A stretch of DNA of 42,135 nt from Ilumatobacteraceae bacterium (lineage in GTDB: Bacteria > Actinomycetota > Acidimicrobiia > Acidimicrobiales > Ilumatobacteraceae). Shown piece after piece: positions 9,384 through 17,098 of the stretch. Below the pieces are notes generated by a model, which worked only from the letters and a program-made list of their open reading frames with translations, searched no databases and was not told the DNA's origin. Numbering within the stretch: the stretch's first letter is position 1; each line of letters starts with the position of its first letter. A program made the translations under genes and the position numbers. Location: the NCBI GenBank assembly GCA_031420675.1, contig JANONE010000188.1:1-42135 (forward strand), written 5' to 3'.

Positions 9384-10889
9384 ATGCCAAATCATGTCGT
9401 CGTCGACGGATCGAACCTCGCTACCGAGGGCCGCACCCACCCCAGCCTCCATCAACTCAACGAGGCGGTGCTCGCCTACATGGCCGAGCATCCCACGGCG
9501 CTCATCACGGTGGTGGTCGACGCCACGTTCGGCCATCGCATCGACCCGCGGGAAGTGCCCGAGTTCGACGACGCCGTCAGCAACAACGAGCTCGTTGCGC
9601 CGCCCGCCGGCGCCATCGGTCGTGGCGATGCGTTCGTGCTCAGCATCGCCAACAAGGTCAACGCGACCATCATCTCCAACGACAGCTACCAGGAGTTCCA
9701 CGGCCAGTATCCGTGGCTGTTCGACGAAGGTCGTCTCGTGGGTGGCAAGCCCGTGCCGCACATCGGGTGGGTCTACGTGAACCGCCTGCCCGTGCGTGGC
9801 CCGCTGAGCCGGAAGTCTGTGGGCGAGGCCAAGCGCAAGGGGCCCGGCACCGGCGGTCGCGGGCGCGCCGCTGCCAGTGCCGCCACGGTGCGAGTCGGCA
9901 GCCCCGAGGCCAGCCTGCCGATGCCCGTACCGAAGTCGCCGCCCCCGCGCGCCGCTGCCTCGAAAGCTGCACCGGCGGAAGCCGCGCCGGCCAAGTCGGG
10001 CCGTCGTGGTCGTGGCGGCGCCGACCGGCCGCCGAAGGTGGAGGCGCCGGCCGCGCTTGCTGCTGCGGCCGCCGCTCAGCCGGCGAAGTCCACCGTCAAC
10101 GACCTGCTCTCGTTCCTCACGTTCGTCGAGCGTCATCCCGCGGGCACGAGCGTGAACGCGATCGTCGATCACTACTCGTCGCACGGCGCGTACGTGCGCA
10201 TCGACGACGTCGTCGGCTACGTGCCGCTGCGACTGATGGCCGATCCGGCGCCGCGCAGTGCTCGCGAGTTCATGAAGGTCGGCGAGTCGGTGACGCTGGT
10301 GGTGGAAAGCTTCGTGCCGTCCAAGCGCAGCATCGATCTCGCTGTTCCGGTCATGGGCACTGCGGCACCTCTGGGTGTAGCGGCGCCGGCAAAGCCGTCG
10401 AAGCGCGTGTCGAAGAAATCGGTCGCGGCCGTAGCGCCCACAGCCGTAGCGCCCGCAGCCGCAACGCCTGCGGTCGCGGCGGCCGAGACGCCGGCGCGGG
10501 GTCGCGGTCGCAAGGCTGCGGCTTCGCCGGCAGCACCGGCTCCGGTTGCCGAGCCCGTGCAGAAGTCCTCGTCGCGTGGCCGGCGCACCGATGCGCCCAA
10601 CCTCGACGCGGCGCCGGCGACAGCGGTCGTCAAACCGGCGAAGGCCGCCGGGTCGTCGAAGTCGGTTCCGTCGAAGGCGGGTGCAACCTCGAAGGCAGCC
10701 GCGCCGTCGAATCGATCGAGATCAGCGGGCACCAAGCCTGCCACTGCTCCGGCGAAACCGGCGAAGGCCGTCGCCACCTCGTCGAAAGCCGTTGCTGCTG
10801 CGAAACCGAGCGCCAACAAGGCCGCCAAGAAGCCGGCCGCTGCGCCTGCCGCACCGCCGGCGCCGCGGCGTGGCCGCGCCAAGGCCTGA
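9384..10889 (+). CDS. NYN/Zc3h12a(Regnase)-like PIN-fold ribonuclease fused to an S1-like RNA-binding domain and a Lys/Ala/Pro-rich basic tail
   Basis: 501 aa. The N-terminus (aa 1-135) has HVVVDGSNLA...ITVVVDATFGHR...GRGDAFVLSIA...IISNDSYQEF...WLF, which matches my memory of the Zc3h12a-type NYN domain. Residues about 253-321 (SVNAIVDHYSSHGAYVRIDDVVGYVPL...MKVGESVTLVVESFVPSKRSIDLAV) look like an S1/OB fold. Residues 322-501 are almost only A/P/K/S/T/V/R/G. Confidence 0.65.
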   Translation: MPNHVVVDGSNLATEGRTHPSLHQLNEAVLAYMAEHPTALITVVVDATFGHRIDPREVPEFDDAVSNNELVAPPAGAIGRGDAFVLSIANKVNATIISNDSYQEFHGQYPWLFDEGRLVGGKPVPHIGWVYVNRLPVRGPLSRKSVGEAKRKGPGTGGRGRAAASAATVRVGSPEASLPMPVPKSPPPRAAASKAAPAEAAPAKSGRRGRGGADRPPKVEAPAALAAAAAAQPAKSTVNDLLSFLTFVERHPAGTSVNAIVDHYSSHGAYVRIDDVVGYVPLRLMADPAPRSAREFMKVGESVTLVVESFVPSKRSIDLAVPVMGTAAPLGVAAPAKPSKRVSKKSVAAVAPTAVAPAAATPAVAAAETPARGRGRKAAASPAAPAPVAEPVQKSSSRGRRTDAPNLDAAPATAVVKPAKAAGSSKSVPSKAGATSKAAAPSNRSRSAGTKPATAPAKPAKAVATSSKAVAAAKPSANKAAKKPAAAPAAPPAPRRGRAKA

Positions 10890-10906
10890 TTGGCTACGGT
10901 CGAGGC

Positions 10907-11677
10907 GTGCGCATCGCCACTTGGAACGTCAACTCGCTGAAGGCACGCCTCGCGCGCGTGGAGGAATGGCTCGCCGACGTGCAGCCCGACGTGCTGTGTA
11001 TGCAGGAGACGAAGCTCACCGATGACTCGTTCCCGGCACTGACCTTCGCATCGCTCGGCTACGAGACGGCTCATCACGGGCAGGGCCAATGGAACGGTGT
11101 AGCGATCCTGTCGAAGGTTGGCCTCAGCAACGTGGTGTCGAACTTTGCGGACGGTGGCGACCCCGACCCCGACGCGCGCATCATCACCGCGGTGTGCGAC
11201 GGGGTGCGCATCAGCAGCGTGTACGTGCCCAACGGTCGCTCGCTCGATCACGAGCACTACCAGTACAAACTGCGCTGGCTGGCGCAGTTGCGTCGTCACG
11301 TGGCTGCACTTGGCACGCCCGACGAGCAGGTGGTGGTGGCCGGCGATTTCAACATCGCACCCACCGACCTCGACGTTTACGACCCACAGAAGTTCGTCGG
11401 TGCCACCCATGTCAGCCCGGCCGAGCGGGCCGAGCTCGCCGCCCTCGAAGCGTGGGGCTTCACCGACCTGTTCCGCCAGCACCACCCGGAGGGGAAGTTG
11501 TACAGCTGGTGGGACTATCGCGCCGGCGACTTCCACCAAGGTCGCGGGTTGCGCATCGACCTCGTGCTGGGTACTGCTTCCGTCGCTGCGCGTTGCGACT
11601 TCGCGATCGTCGACCGCAATGCTCGCAAGGGCACCTCGCCGTCCGATCATGCGCCGGTGCTCGTGGATCTCGTATGA
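10907..11677 (+). CDS. xthA: exodeoxyribonuclease III
   Basis: 256 aa from GTG 10907 (VRIATWNVNSLKARL...VLCMQETK...GDFNIAP...PSDHAPVLVDL). It is in frame with the tail of track ORF 8864..11677 and starts 17 nt after the upstream gene. Confidence 0.9.
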   Translation: MRIATWNVNSLKARLARVEEWLADVQPDVLCMQETKLTDDSFPALTFASLGYETAHHGQGQWNGVAILSKVGLSNVVSNFADGGDPDPDARIITAVCDGVRISSVYVPNGRSLDHEHYQYKLRWLAQLRRHVAALGTPDEQVVVAGDFNIAPTDLDVYDPQKFVGATHVSPAERAELAALEAWGFTDLFRQHHPEGKLYSWWDYRAGDFHQGRGLRIDLVLGTASVAARCDFAIVDRNARKGTSPSDHAPVLVDLV

Positions 11678-12327
11678 CCTACGAAGGCCAGGAGGCCAGA
11701 TTGGCCGGCGATTCGCGAGCTGGGCTCGCCGAAGCCTGCCGCAGCATCATCGATGAACTGGCATCCAGCACTGCCGGGTCCACTGCCTTCCAGCAGGCAC
11801 GCGACCTCGTGCAGCAGGCGGTGGCCATACTTGCCGACGCCGATCATGGTCGCCCTTATGAGGGCGGCGAGGGCTCACTGGCCCACTACCACGAGCATAT
11901 GTTCATCGACCACAGCCCCCTGGTGGGCCCGCTGAACCCACTGGCTCCGCCGATCGTCATCTCGGCGGATGGCACCAAGGTCGCCGGTGAGGTCACGTTC
12001 GGCGACGCCTACGAGGGGCCTCCCGGCTGCGTGCACGGCGGTTTCATCGCCGCCGCCTTCGACGAAGTGCTCGGTCTTGCACAAGGCATGTCGGGCCGCC
12101 CGGGCATGACGGCACGGCTGACCATCCAATACCGCTCGCCCTCGCCGCTGCACCAGGTGCTGCGCTTCGTCGGCGACATCGCCCACATCGACGGCCGCAA
12201 GATCTTCACCACGGGCGAGTTGCGAGTGGCCGCCGATGGTCGGCTGTGCGCCGAGGCGGAGGGCCTGTTCATCTCGATGGGCCCCGAGATCTTCCAGCGC
12301 CTGATGAAGGACCGCTCCGAAACCTAG
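11674..12327 (+). CDS. PaaI-family hotdog-fold thioesterase
   Basis: 217 aa from MTYEGQEARL (ATG 11674, ATGA overlap with the xthA stop). The core motif is GCVHGGFIAAAFDEVLGLA. Confidence 0.7.
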   Translation: MTYEGQEARLAGDSRAGLAEACRSIIDELASSTAGSTAFQQARDLVQQAVAILADADHGRPYEGGEGSLAHYHEHMFIDHSPLVGPLNPLAPPIVISADGTKVAGEVTFGDAYEGPPGCVHGGFIAAAFDEVLGLAQGMSGRPGMTARLTIQYRSPSPLHQVLRFVGDIAHIDGRKIFTTGELRVAADGRLCAEAEGLFISMGPEIFQRLMKDRSET

Positions 12328-12417
12328 GTCTAGTGCTGTGTGCGAGAACATTGGCGGTGTCCGAGCCGTTGCGGATCGACGTGGTCGGCGAGGGGGCAGG
12401 GGCTCCTCGCGCTGCTT

Positions 12418-12467
12418 CGGTAACGCTCGTTACCGGGCTGGAAACCACGGTTACCGTTTGCCGGCAA
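12418..12467. repeat. cluster of GGTAAC/GTTACC repeats and a 10-bp palindrome in a convergent spacer
   Basis: CGGTAAC-gctc-GTTACCG spans 12418..12435 (7-bp stem). A third GTTACCG sits at 12450..12456, exactly 21 bp after the second copy. TTGCCGGCAA at 12458..12467 is a perfect palindrome, followed by a C7 run at 12474..12480. Confidence 0.6.
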
Positions 12468-12579
12468 CCACTACCCCCCCTCGCCCCGACGTGCACGAAC
12501 GTTGTCCGCATGCGGCACTGATGTTCCCATCGTCCACCGCGGTGAGGGACTGCACGTCGCATTCCATTGAGGCGAGGAT

Positions 12580-14421
12580 CTACACCGCGGTCGGCAGCGG
12601 CCGCAGGCGGGCTGCTGCTGTTTCGGTGATGCCCAGGCGGTGAGCCAGGTCGGCTGCATCGGCCGGGGGGTCGTCGGCCAGCGAGCGCAACACACGATCG
12701 CTACACACAGCGTGCTCGGGTTGCCCCGAGACCCTGGCAATCGACGCCCGCCACTCCAGGAAGGGCACGAGCGGGTCGACCACGCGCACGCGAGGCGTGG
12801 GCGGCGGCACCGGTACGTCGTCGGCGGTGCTGTCGGTGACCGCCTGCAGCCAGCGGCTGGGCGCGGCAACCTTGCGTTGGCGTTGCGCGCAGTGCGTGAC
12901 CAGCAGGTGCTGAGCCGCACGCGTGATGGCCACGTAGAACAGCCGGGCTTCCTCGGCCAGCTGGGCCTGCGACCCGGCCGAGCCGTGTGGGACCAAACCC
13001 TCTTCGGCACCAGTGATCACCACGCCCCACCACTCGCGACCCTTGGCGGCGTGAAACGTGAGCAGCGCTACCGCGTCGCGGTGGTCGGTGGGTTCCAGAT
13101 CGTCGAACGGGTCGCGCAGCTCGACCCATGCCCGGAACGTGCCCGGAACGCCAGAGGACAGGTAGTGGTCGGCTTCCTCGGCGACACGGCGGGTGAGTTC
13201 GTCGCCCTCGGCGAAGGTGGTGTCGACCCACACCGCCAGCAGTTCGCGGTTGGTGCATCGGTAGGCGTCGCGCAACGCAACTTGCAATGGCGACCGCCCC
13301 GTACTTCGCTCGGTATCGATGCCGAACGAGGTGAACGTCTGCTGCAGGACGGTGAGCTGTTCGTTGGTGCGGGCCAGCACGGCCAGATCGCGGCCACGGT
13401 GATGGTGCAGCAGCCCGCGGATGTGGCGAGCGACGGCCAGCGCCTCGGCCACTTCGTCGGCGTGCTGCTGCACGAGCACGGTGGCCGCGCCAGGTTGACG
13501 GCTCTCGCTGTTGTCCACCTGCCCGCTCGCCGCCAGCGCAGCCGCGCCCGCGCGCACGACCTGCGGCGAGCATCGGTAGTTGGAGGTGAGCGACACCACG
13601 GTGACGCCGGGGTAGCGCACCTCGACCTCGGCCAGGGTGGTGGGGTCGGCGCCGTTCCAGCCGTAGATCGCCTGGCGCGGATCGCCGACCAGGCACAGGT
13701 CGGGGCGGCCGGCGCGTAAGCCCTCCAGCACCGCATGCTGCAAAGGGTTGAGGTCTTGCGCTTCGTCGACGAAGAAGTGGCGGTAGCGCCAGTGCACGCC
13801 GTCGGCCCACGGCCGGTCGGTGCGCAACGCCTCGAGCGTGTGGGTGAGCAGGTCGTCGAAGTCGATGACGCCGCGGCGACGTTTCAATCGTTCGTAGGCG
13901 GCCACGAAATCGGGGAAGCGGGCCGGAGGCAAGGCGGTGCGGCGGCGGGTGACCCGAATGGCGCCCTCGTACCGATCGGGTGGCACCATGCGCGCCTTCG
14001 CCCAATCGAGGTCGGCCAGCGCGCCGTACGGCTCGACCTGCAGCTTCAACTCGCTGACCACTTCGCGGGCGAGACGCAGCCGATCGTTGGCCACCTGTGG
14101 CGGCGCCTGGTTTGCCGCCAGTGCACGATCGCGCAGCAGGCGCAGCGCAACGCCGTGGAAGGTGCCTGCCTCGATCGGCTCGCGGATGTCGAGCTTGCGC
14201 AGCCGGCGCTTGAGCTCGGCCGCGGCATCGCGCGTGAACGTGAGTGCCAACACGTGCTGTGACATGGCCGTGCCGTGGGCGACGCGGTAAGCGATGCGTC
14301 GGGTGAGCACAGTGGTCTTGCCCGAACCGGCCGCGGCGACGATGGCGAGCGGCGACGCAGCGCTGGTGACCGCCTCGCGTTGTTCCGCATCGAGGCCGTG
14401 CAACATCGGGTCCGCGGGCAT
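12580..14421 (-). CDS. UvrD/PcrA-family (UvrD2-like) ATP-dependent DNA helicase with C-terminal HRDC-like domain
   Basis: 613 aa from MPADPMLHGLDAEQREAV (ATG 14421..14419). Helicase motifs: Walker A AAAGSGKTT, DEAQD, GDPRQAIYGWNGA, NYRC, TFHAAKGREW, RLFYVAITRA. The C-terminus FLEWRASIARVSGQPEHAVCSDRVLRSLADDPPADAADLAHRLGI is HRDC-like. The track ORF start at 15096 is an artefact. Confidence 0.85.
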   Translation of the reverse strand: MPADPMLHGLDAEQREAVTSAASPLAIVAAAGSGKTTVLTRRIAYRVAHGTAMSQHVLALTFTRDAAAELKRRLRKLDIREPIEAGTFHGVALRLLRDRALAANQAPPQVANDRLRLAREVVSELKLQVEPYGALADLDWAKARMVPPDRYEGAIRVTRRRTALPPARFPDFVAAYERLKRRRGVIDFDDLLTHTLEALRTDRPWADGVHWRYRHFFVDEAQDLNPLQHAVLEGLRAGRPDLCLVGDPRQAIYGWNGADPTTLAEVEVRYPGVTVVSLTSNYRCSPQVVRAGAAALAASGQVDNSESRQPGAATVLVQQHADEVAEALAVARHIRGLLHHHRGRDLAVLARTNEQLTVLQQTFTSFGIDTERSTGRSPLQVALRDAYRCTNRELLAVWVDTTFAEGDELTRRVAEEADHYLSSGVPGTFRAWVELRDPFDDLEPTDHRDAVALLTFHAAKGREWWGVVITGAEEGLVPHGSAGSQAQLAEEARLFYVAITRAAQHLLVTHCAQRQRKVAAPSRWLQAVTDSTADDVPVPPPTPRVRVVDPLVPFLEWRASIARVSGQPEHAVCSDRVLRSLADDPPADAADLAHRLGITETAAARLRPLPTAV

Positions 14422-14428
14422 GCTCGTC

Positions 14429-14434
14429 ACGATA
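14429..14434 (-). promoter_or_regulatory. -10-like TATCGT, 7 nt upstream of the helicase ATG (leaderless)
   Basis: Plus-strand ACGATA at 14429..14434 reads TATCGT on the minus strand. Seven nt follow before the ATG at 14421. There is no SD sequence. Confidence 0.4.
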
Positions 14435-14480
14435 GAGGTTGGGTGTCGCACCGTTGCCGCCCCGTGCGCCGACGCGGCGC

Positions 14481-14486
14481 TACAGT
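14481..14486 (+). promoter_or_regulatory. -10-like TACAGT, 7 nt upstream of ATG 14494 (leaderless)
   Basis: TACAGT at 14481..14486 is followed by TCTCGGC and then the ATG. There is no SD sequence. Confidence 0.4.
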
Positions 14487-14493
14487 CTCGGCC

Positions 14494-15117
14494 ATGTTCC
14501 CGAAGAAGAACCTCAACAACAACGAGACCATCGCCCTCGACATGCACCCGCATTGGTGGTACTTCGCGGAACCGGCCGGAGCGCTGCTGGCCAGCATCAT
14601 CATCGGGATCGTCGTGCTCACCCAGACCGACGAGGGCAGCACCGCTCGCAAGGGCGCCGGCATCGTCGCGGTGGCGCTGCTCGTCATCACCGCCTTGTGG
14701 CTCGTCGCTCGCTACCTCAAGTGGCTCACCACCAACTTCGTGATCACCTCGCAGCGGCTGATTTTCCGCCAGGGCGTCATTGGCAAGAGCGGCATCGAGA
14801 TCCCGCTCGAACGTGTGAACAACGTCAACTTCAACCAGAGTGTCTTCGAGCGGCTGTTGGGCGCCGGCGACCTGCTCATCGAGTCCGGCGGCGAGGATGG
14901 ACAGCAGCGGTTCACCGACATTCGTCACCCCGACAAGGTGCAGAACCTGGTGCATGCGACGGTGGAGTCGCTCATCCAACGTCGCGCCGGATACGCCGCA
15001 CCTCAGAACGCGGGCGGCGACATCGCCGAGCAACTCGAGCGGCTCGAGGGTCTCCTTCAGCGTGGCACCATCACGCAGCAAGAGTTCGAGGCGCAAAAGC
15101 GCAAGCTGCTGGACTGA
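14494..15117 (+). CDS. membrane protein with bacterial PH (bPH_2/YdbS-like) domain and C-terminal SHOCT domain
   Basis: 207 aa from MFPKKNLNNNETIALDMHPHWWYF. It has two TM helices, then NFVITSQRLIFRQGVIGKSGIEIPLERVNNVNF...DLLIES (bPH_2 pattern). The C-terminus AEQLERLEGLLQRGTITQQEFEAQKRKLL is SHOCT-like. Confidence 0.75.
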   Translation: MFPKKNLNNNETIALDMHPHWWYFAEPAGALLASIIIGIVVLTQTDEGSTARKGAGIVAVALLVITALWLVARYLKWLTTNFVITSQRLIFRQGVIGKSGIEIPLERVNNVNFNQSVFERLLGAGDLLIESGGEDGQQRFTDIRHPDKVQNLVHATVESLIQRRAGYAAPQNAGGDIAEQLERLEGLLQRGTITQQEFEAQKRKLLD

Positions 15118-15150
15118 ACGTCACGCTCAACGTCACGCTGAACGTCAGGG
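15115..15150. repeat. 3 x 12-bp tandem repeat spanning both convergent stop codons
   Basis: The copies are TGAACGTCACGC (15115..15126), TCAACGTCACGC (15127..15138) and TGAACGTCAGGG (15139..15150). Copy 1 contains the TGA stop of the plus-strand gene. Copy 3 contains TCA (15145..15147), the stop of the minus-strand gene. Confidence 0.8.
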
Positions 15151-16014
15151 GTTGCCGGCGTGGCCGACGGGCACGGTGGTGGTGAGGATCTTGCCGGTGC
15201 GTTCGGCGCTTGCCTGCGCGGCGTGAGAGAACGCCGCAGTCACCATGAACAGGGTGCGGCCATCGATACCACCCAGCATGCACGCGAAGCACGGTTGTTC
15301 CGTGTCGATCACCTGTAGCACCTCGCCGCCTTCGCGAACTCGGATGCAACGCGGCCCCGAGGCATCTGCCAGCCACACCGCACCTTCGTCGTCGAGGCAG
15401 ATGCCGTCGGGCACGTGGTTGCCGAGGTCTGCCCACATCCGCGGGTTCGACAACGAGCCATCGGCCCCGATGTCGAAGGCGGTGAGGCGCCGGCCCATGC
15501 TCTCGGCGATGATCATCGTTGCGCCGTCAGGTGTGATCACGGTGCCGTTCGGGAAGAGCAAGCCGGCAGCGGCGGTGTGCACGCTTCCGTCGGGGTCGAC
15601 GCGGGCAAGAGCAGCACCCTCGTAGGCGGCGAGTGCTCCGGCGAAGTCGCCCGACGTGATGGCTGCGTCGAGGTCGAACCCGAAGTTGCCCACGTAGGCG
15701 CGCCCGTGAGCATCGACGACCATGTCGTTGCAGTGAAAGGTGGCGATCTCGGAGAGGTCGGCGTGCACGACAAAGGCATCGTGTTCCAGGCGTAGCAACA
15801 GACGATCGGTCATCGACACCACCAGCAAGCGGCCGTCGGGCATCCAGCCGAGACCACTCGGCTGGCCGGCGACGGTGAGCTTGGTCTCCACCGTTCCCTG
15901 TAGATCGACCGTCTTGACCGCGTGGTCGTAGAAGTCGCTGAACCACAACTTGCCCTGGTGCCAGCGCGGGGCTTCCCCGAAGTAGAGATCGCTGGCCAGG
16001 ATGTCGACGCTCAT
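15145..16014 (-). CDS. SMP-30/gluconolactonase/LRE family protein
   Basis: 289 aa from MSVDILASDLYFGEAPRWHQGKLWFSDF (ATG 16014..16012). GGAGG lies 5 nt upstream. It shows the typical six-bladed lactonase pattern (FPNGTVITPDG, PDGICLDDEGAVW). Confidence 0.85.
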   Translation of the reverse strand: MSVDILASDLYFGEAPRWHQGKLWFSDFYDHAVKTVDLQGTVETKLTVAGQPSGLGWMPDGRLLVVSMTDRLLLRLEHDAFVVHADLSEIATFHCNDMVVDAHGRAYVGNFGFDLDAAITSGDFAGALAAYEGAALARVDPDGSVHTAAAGLLFPNGTVITPDGATMIIAESMGRRLTAFDIGADGSLSNPRMWADLGNHVPDGICLDDEGAVWLADASGPRCIRVREGGEVLQVIDTEQPCFACMLGGIDGRTLFMVTAAFSHAAQASAERTGKILTTTVPVGHAGNP

Positions 16015-16078
16015 TGGGCCTCCGGCCGTCACGTGTGTTCGCGACAGTAGCCGCGGCCTGGGCGCCGCGAGCGGCGCG

Positions 16079-17074
16079 TCAGTGGGCGACGATGGCGGCG
16101 CCGGCGACTGCCTGCACCACCCAGCCGGTCGTGAGTGCGCCTGGTTCGGTGAGCGCCACGATGCAACCGCCGAACCCGCCACCGGTCATGCGGGCGCCGT
16201 ATACGCCGGGCGTTGCGATCAGCTTCGCGACCGCCGCGTCCATCGTCGGGGTGGAGGTGGAGTAGTCGTCGCGCAAGCTCTCGTGGCTGCGCACCATCAG
16301 TCGGCCTGCCGCGGCCAGATCACCGGCGGTGATCGCGTCGGCGAAGTCGATGACGCGACGGTTCTCGCTGGTGACGTGCATCGCCCTAGCTCGCACCACG
16401 GGATCGGCGATCGACCTGGCTTGCGCGACCGTCGCGTGGCGCAGCGGTCCGATGGCCTGTTCGGCGGCAGCGCATTCGGCCACCCGGTCGGCGTACGGAC
16501 TACCGATCAGCGTGCGTTGGGTGACGAACTGCACGACGATCTCGATGTCGTGGGGGAGTGCCACCGGTGTGACCGTCAGCTCGCCGCAGTCGATCATCAG
16601 CGCATGGCCGGCGACACCGGCAGCGATCGCCAGTTGGTCCATGATCCCGCTGGGCACGCCCGATGAGCGGTTCTCCGCCCTCTGACACAGTTGCGCGAGC
16701 GCGAGGGGAGTACCGACGAACCCGAGTGCGAGCGCGACCGCGACTTCCAGCGCGGCGCTGCTGGAGAGGCCGGCGCCGATGGGGATGTCGGTGGTGACGT
16801 GTCCGTGAAACCCATGCGGATGATGCATCTCGGAGATCACCCCAGCCACGTACTTGCCCCATTCGGGCTCGGCGTCCTGCGGGCGGGCGATGCTGAGCGG
16901 CAGGTCGACGGGAGCGGGCTCGTCGAGCGATGACAGCCGCACCCGATCGCCCTCACGTGTTCCTCTGATCTCTGTGTAGCGATCGATCGCCATCGGCAGC
17001 ACCAGGCCGCCGGTGTAGTCGGTGTGCTCGCCGATCAGGTTCACCCGCCCGGGAGCGAACACGTGCACGCTCAC
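16079..17074 (-). CDS. galK: galactokinase-type GHMP kinase
   Basis: 331 aa with a GTG start. It carries the galactokinase signature GRVNLIGEHTDYTGG and the GHMP ATP motif PIGAGLSSSAALEVA. Confidence 0.8.
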   Translation of the reverse strand: MSVHVFAPGRVNLIGEHTDYTGGLVLPMAIDRYTEIRGTREGDRVRLSSLDEPAPVDLPLSIARPQDAEPEWGKYVAGVISEMHHPHGFHGHVTTDIPIGAGLSSSAALEVAVALALGFVGTPLALAQLCQRAENRSSGVPSGIMDQLAIAAGVAGHALMIDCGELTVTPVALPHDIEIVVQFVTQRTLIGSPYADRVAECAAAEQAIGPLRHATVAQARSIADPVVRARAMHVTSENRRVIDFADAITAGDLAAAGRLMVRSHESLRDDYSTSTPTMDAAVAKLIATPGVYGARMTGGGFGGCIVALTEPGALTTGWVVQAVAGAAIVAH

Positions 17075-17098
17075 GACGATGCACTCACGACGTTGTGT

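Noticed and set aside
8864-10906. Upstream 680 aa of the 937-aa ORF that ends as xthA
   Set aside because: This part is out-of-frame or antisense to the HAD and NYN genes and is Arg-rich. XthA homology begins at VRIATWNVNSLKA (GTG 10907).
12450-12643. Small ORFs in the 12.3-12.6 kb spacer (a 40-codon plus-strand ORF from ATG 12521; a 19-codon minus-strand ORF from 12530)
   Set aside because: One overlaps the helicase 3' end in antisense. The other terminates in the G-run after 19 codons. Neither has an SD sequence or a plausible sequence.
12580-15117. UvrD-like helicase plus divergent bPH-SHOCT membrane protein as a possible defence module
   Set aside because: No nuclease, methylase, ATPase partner, toxin or other defence hallmark is adjacent. 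The helicase has an HRDC tail like housekeeping UvrD2. No mobile-element or tRNA boundary flanks the region. The idea is unsupported by sequence alone.
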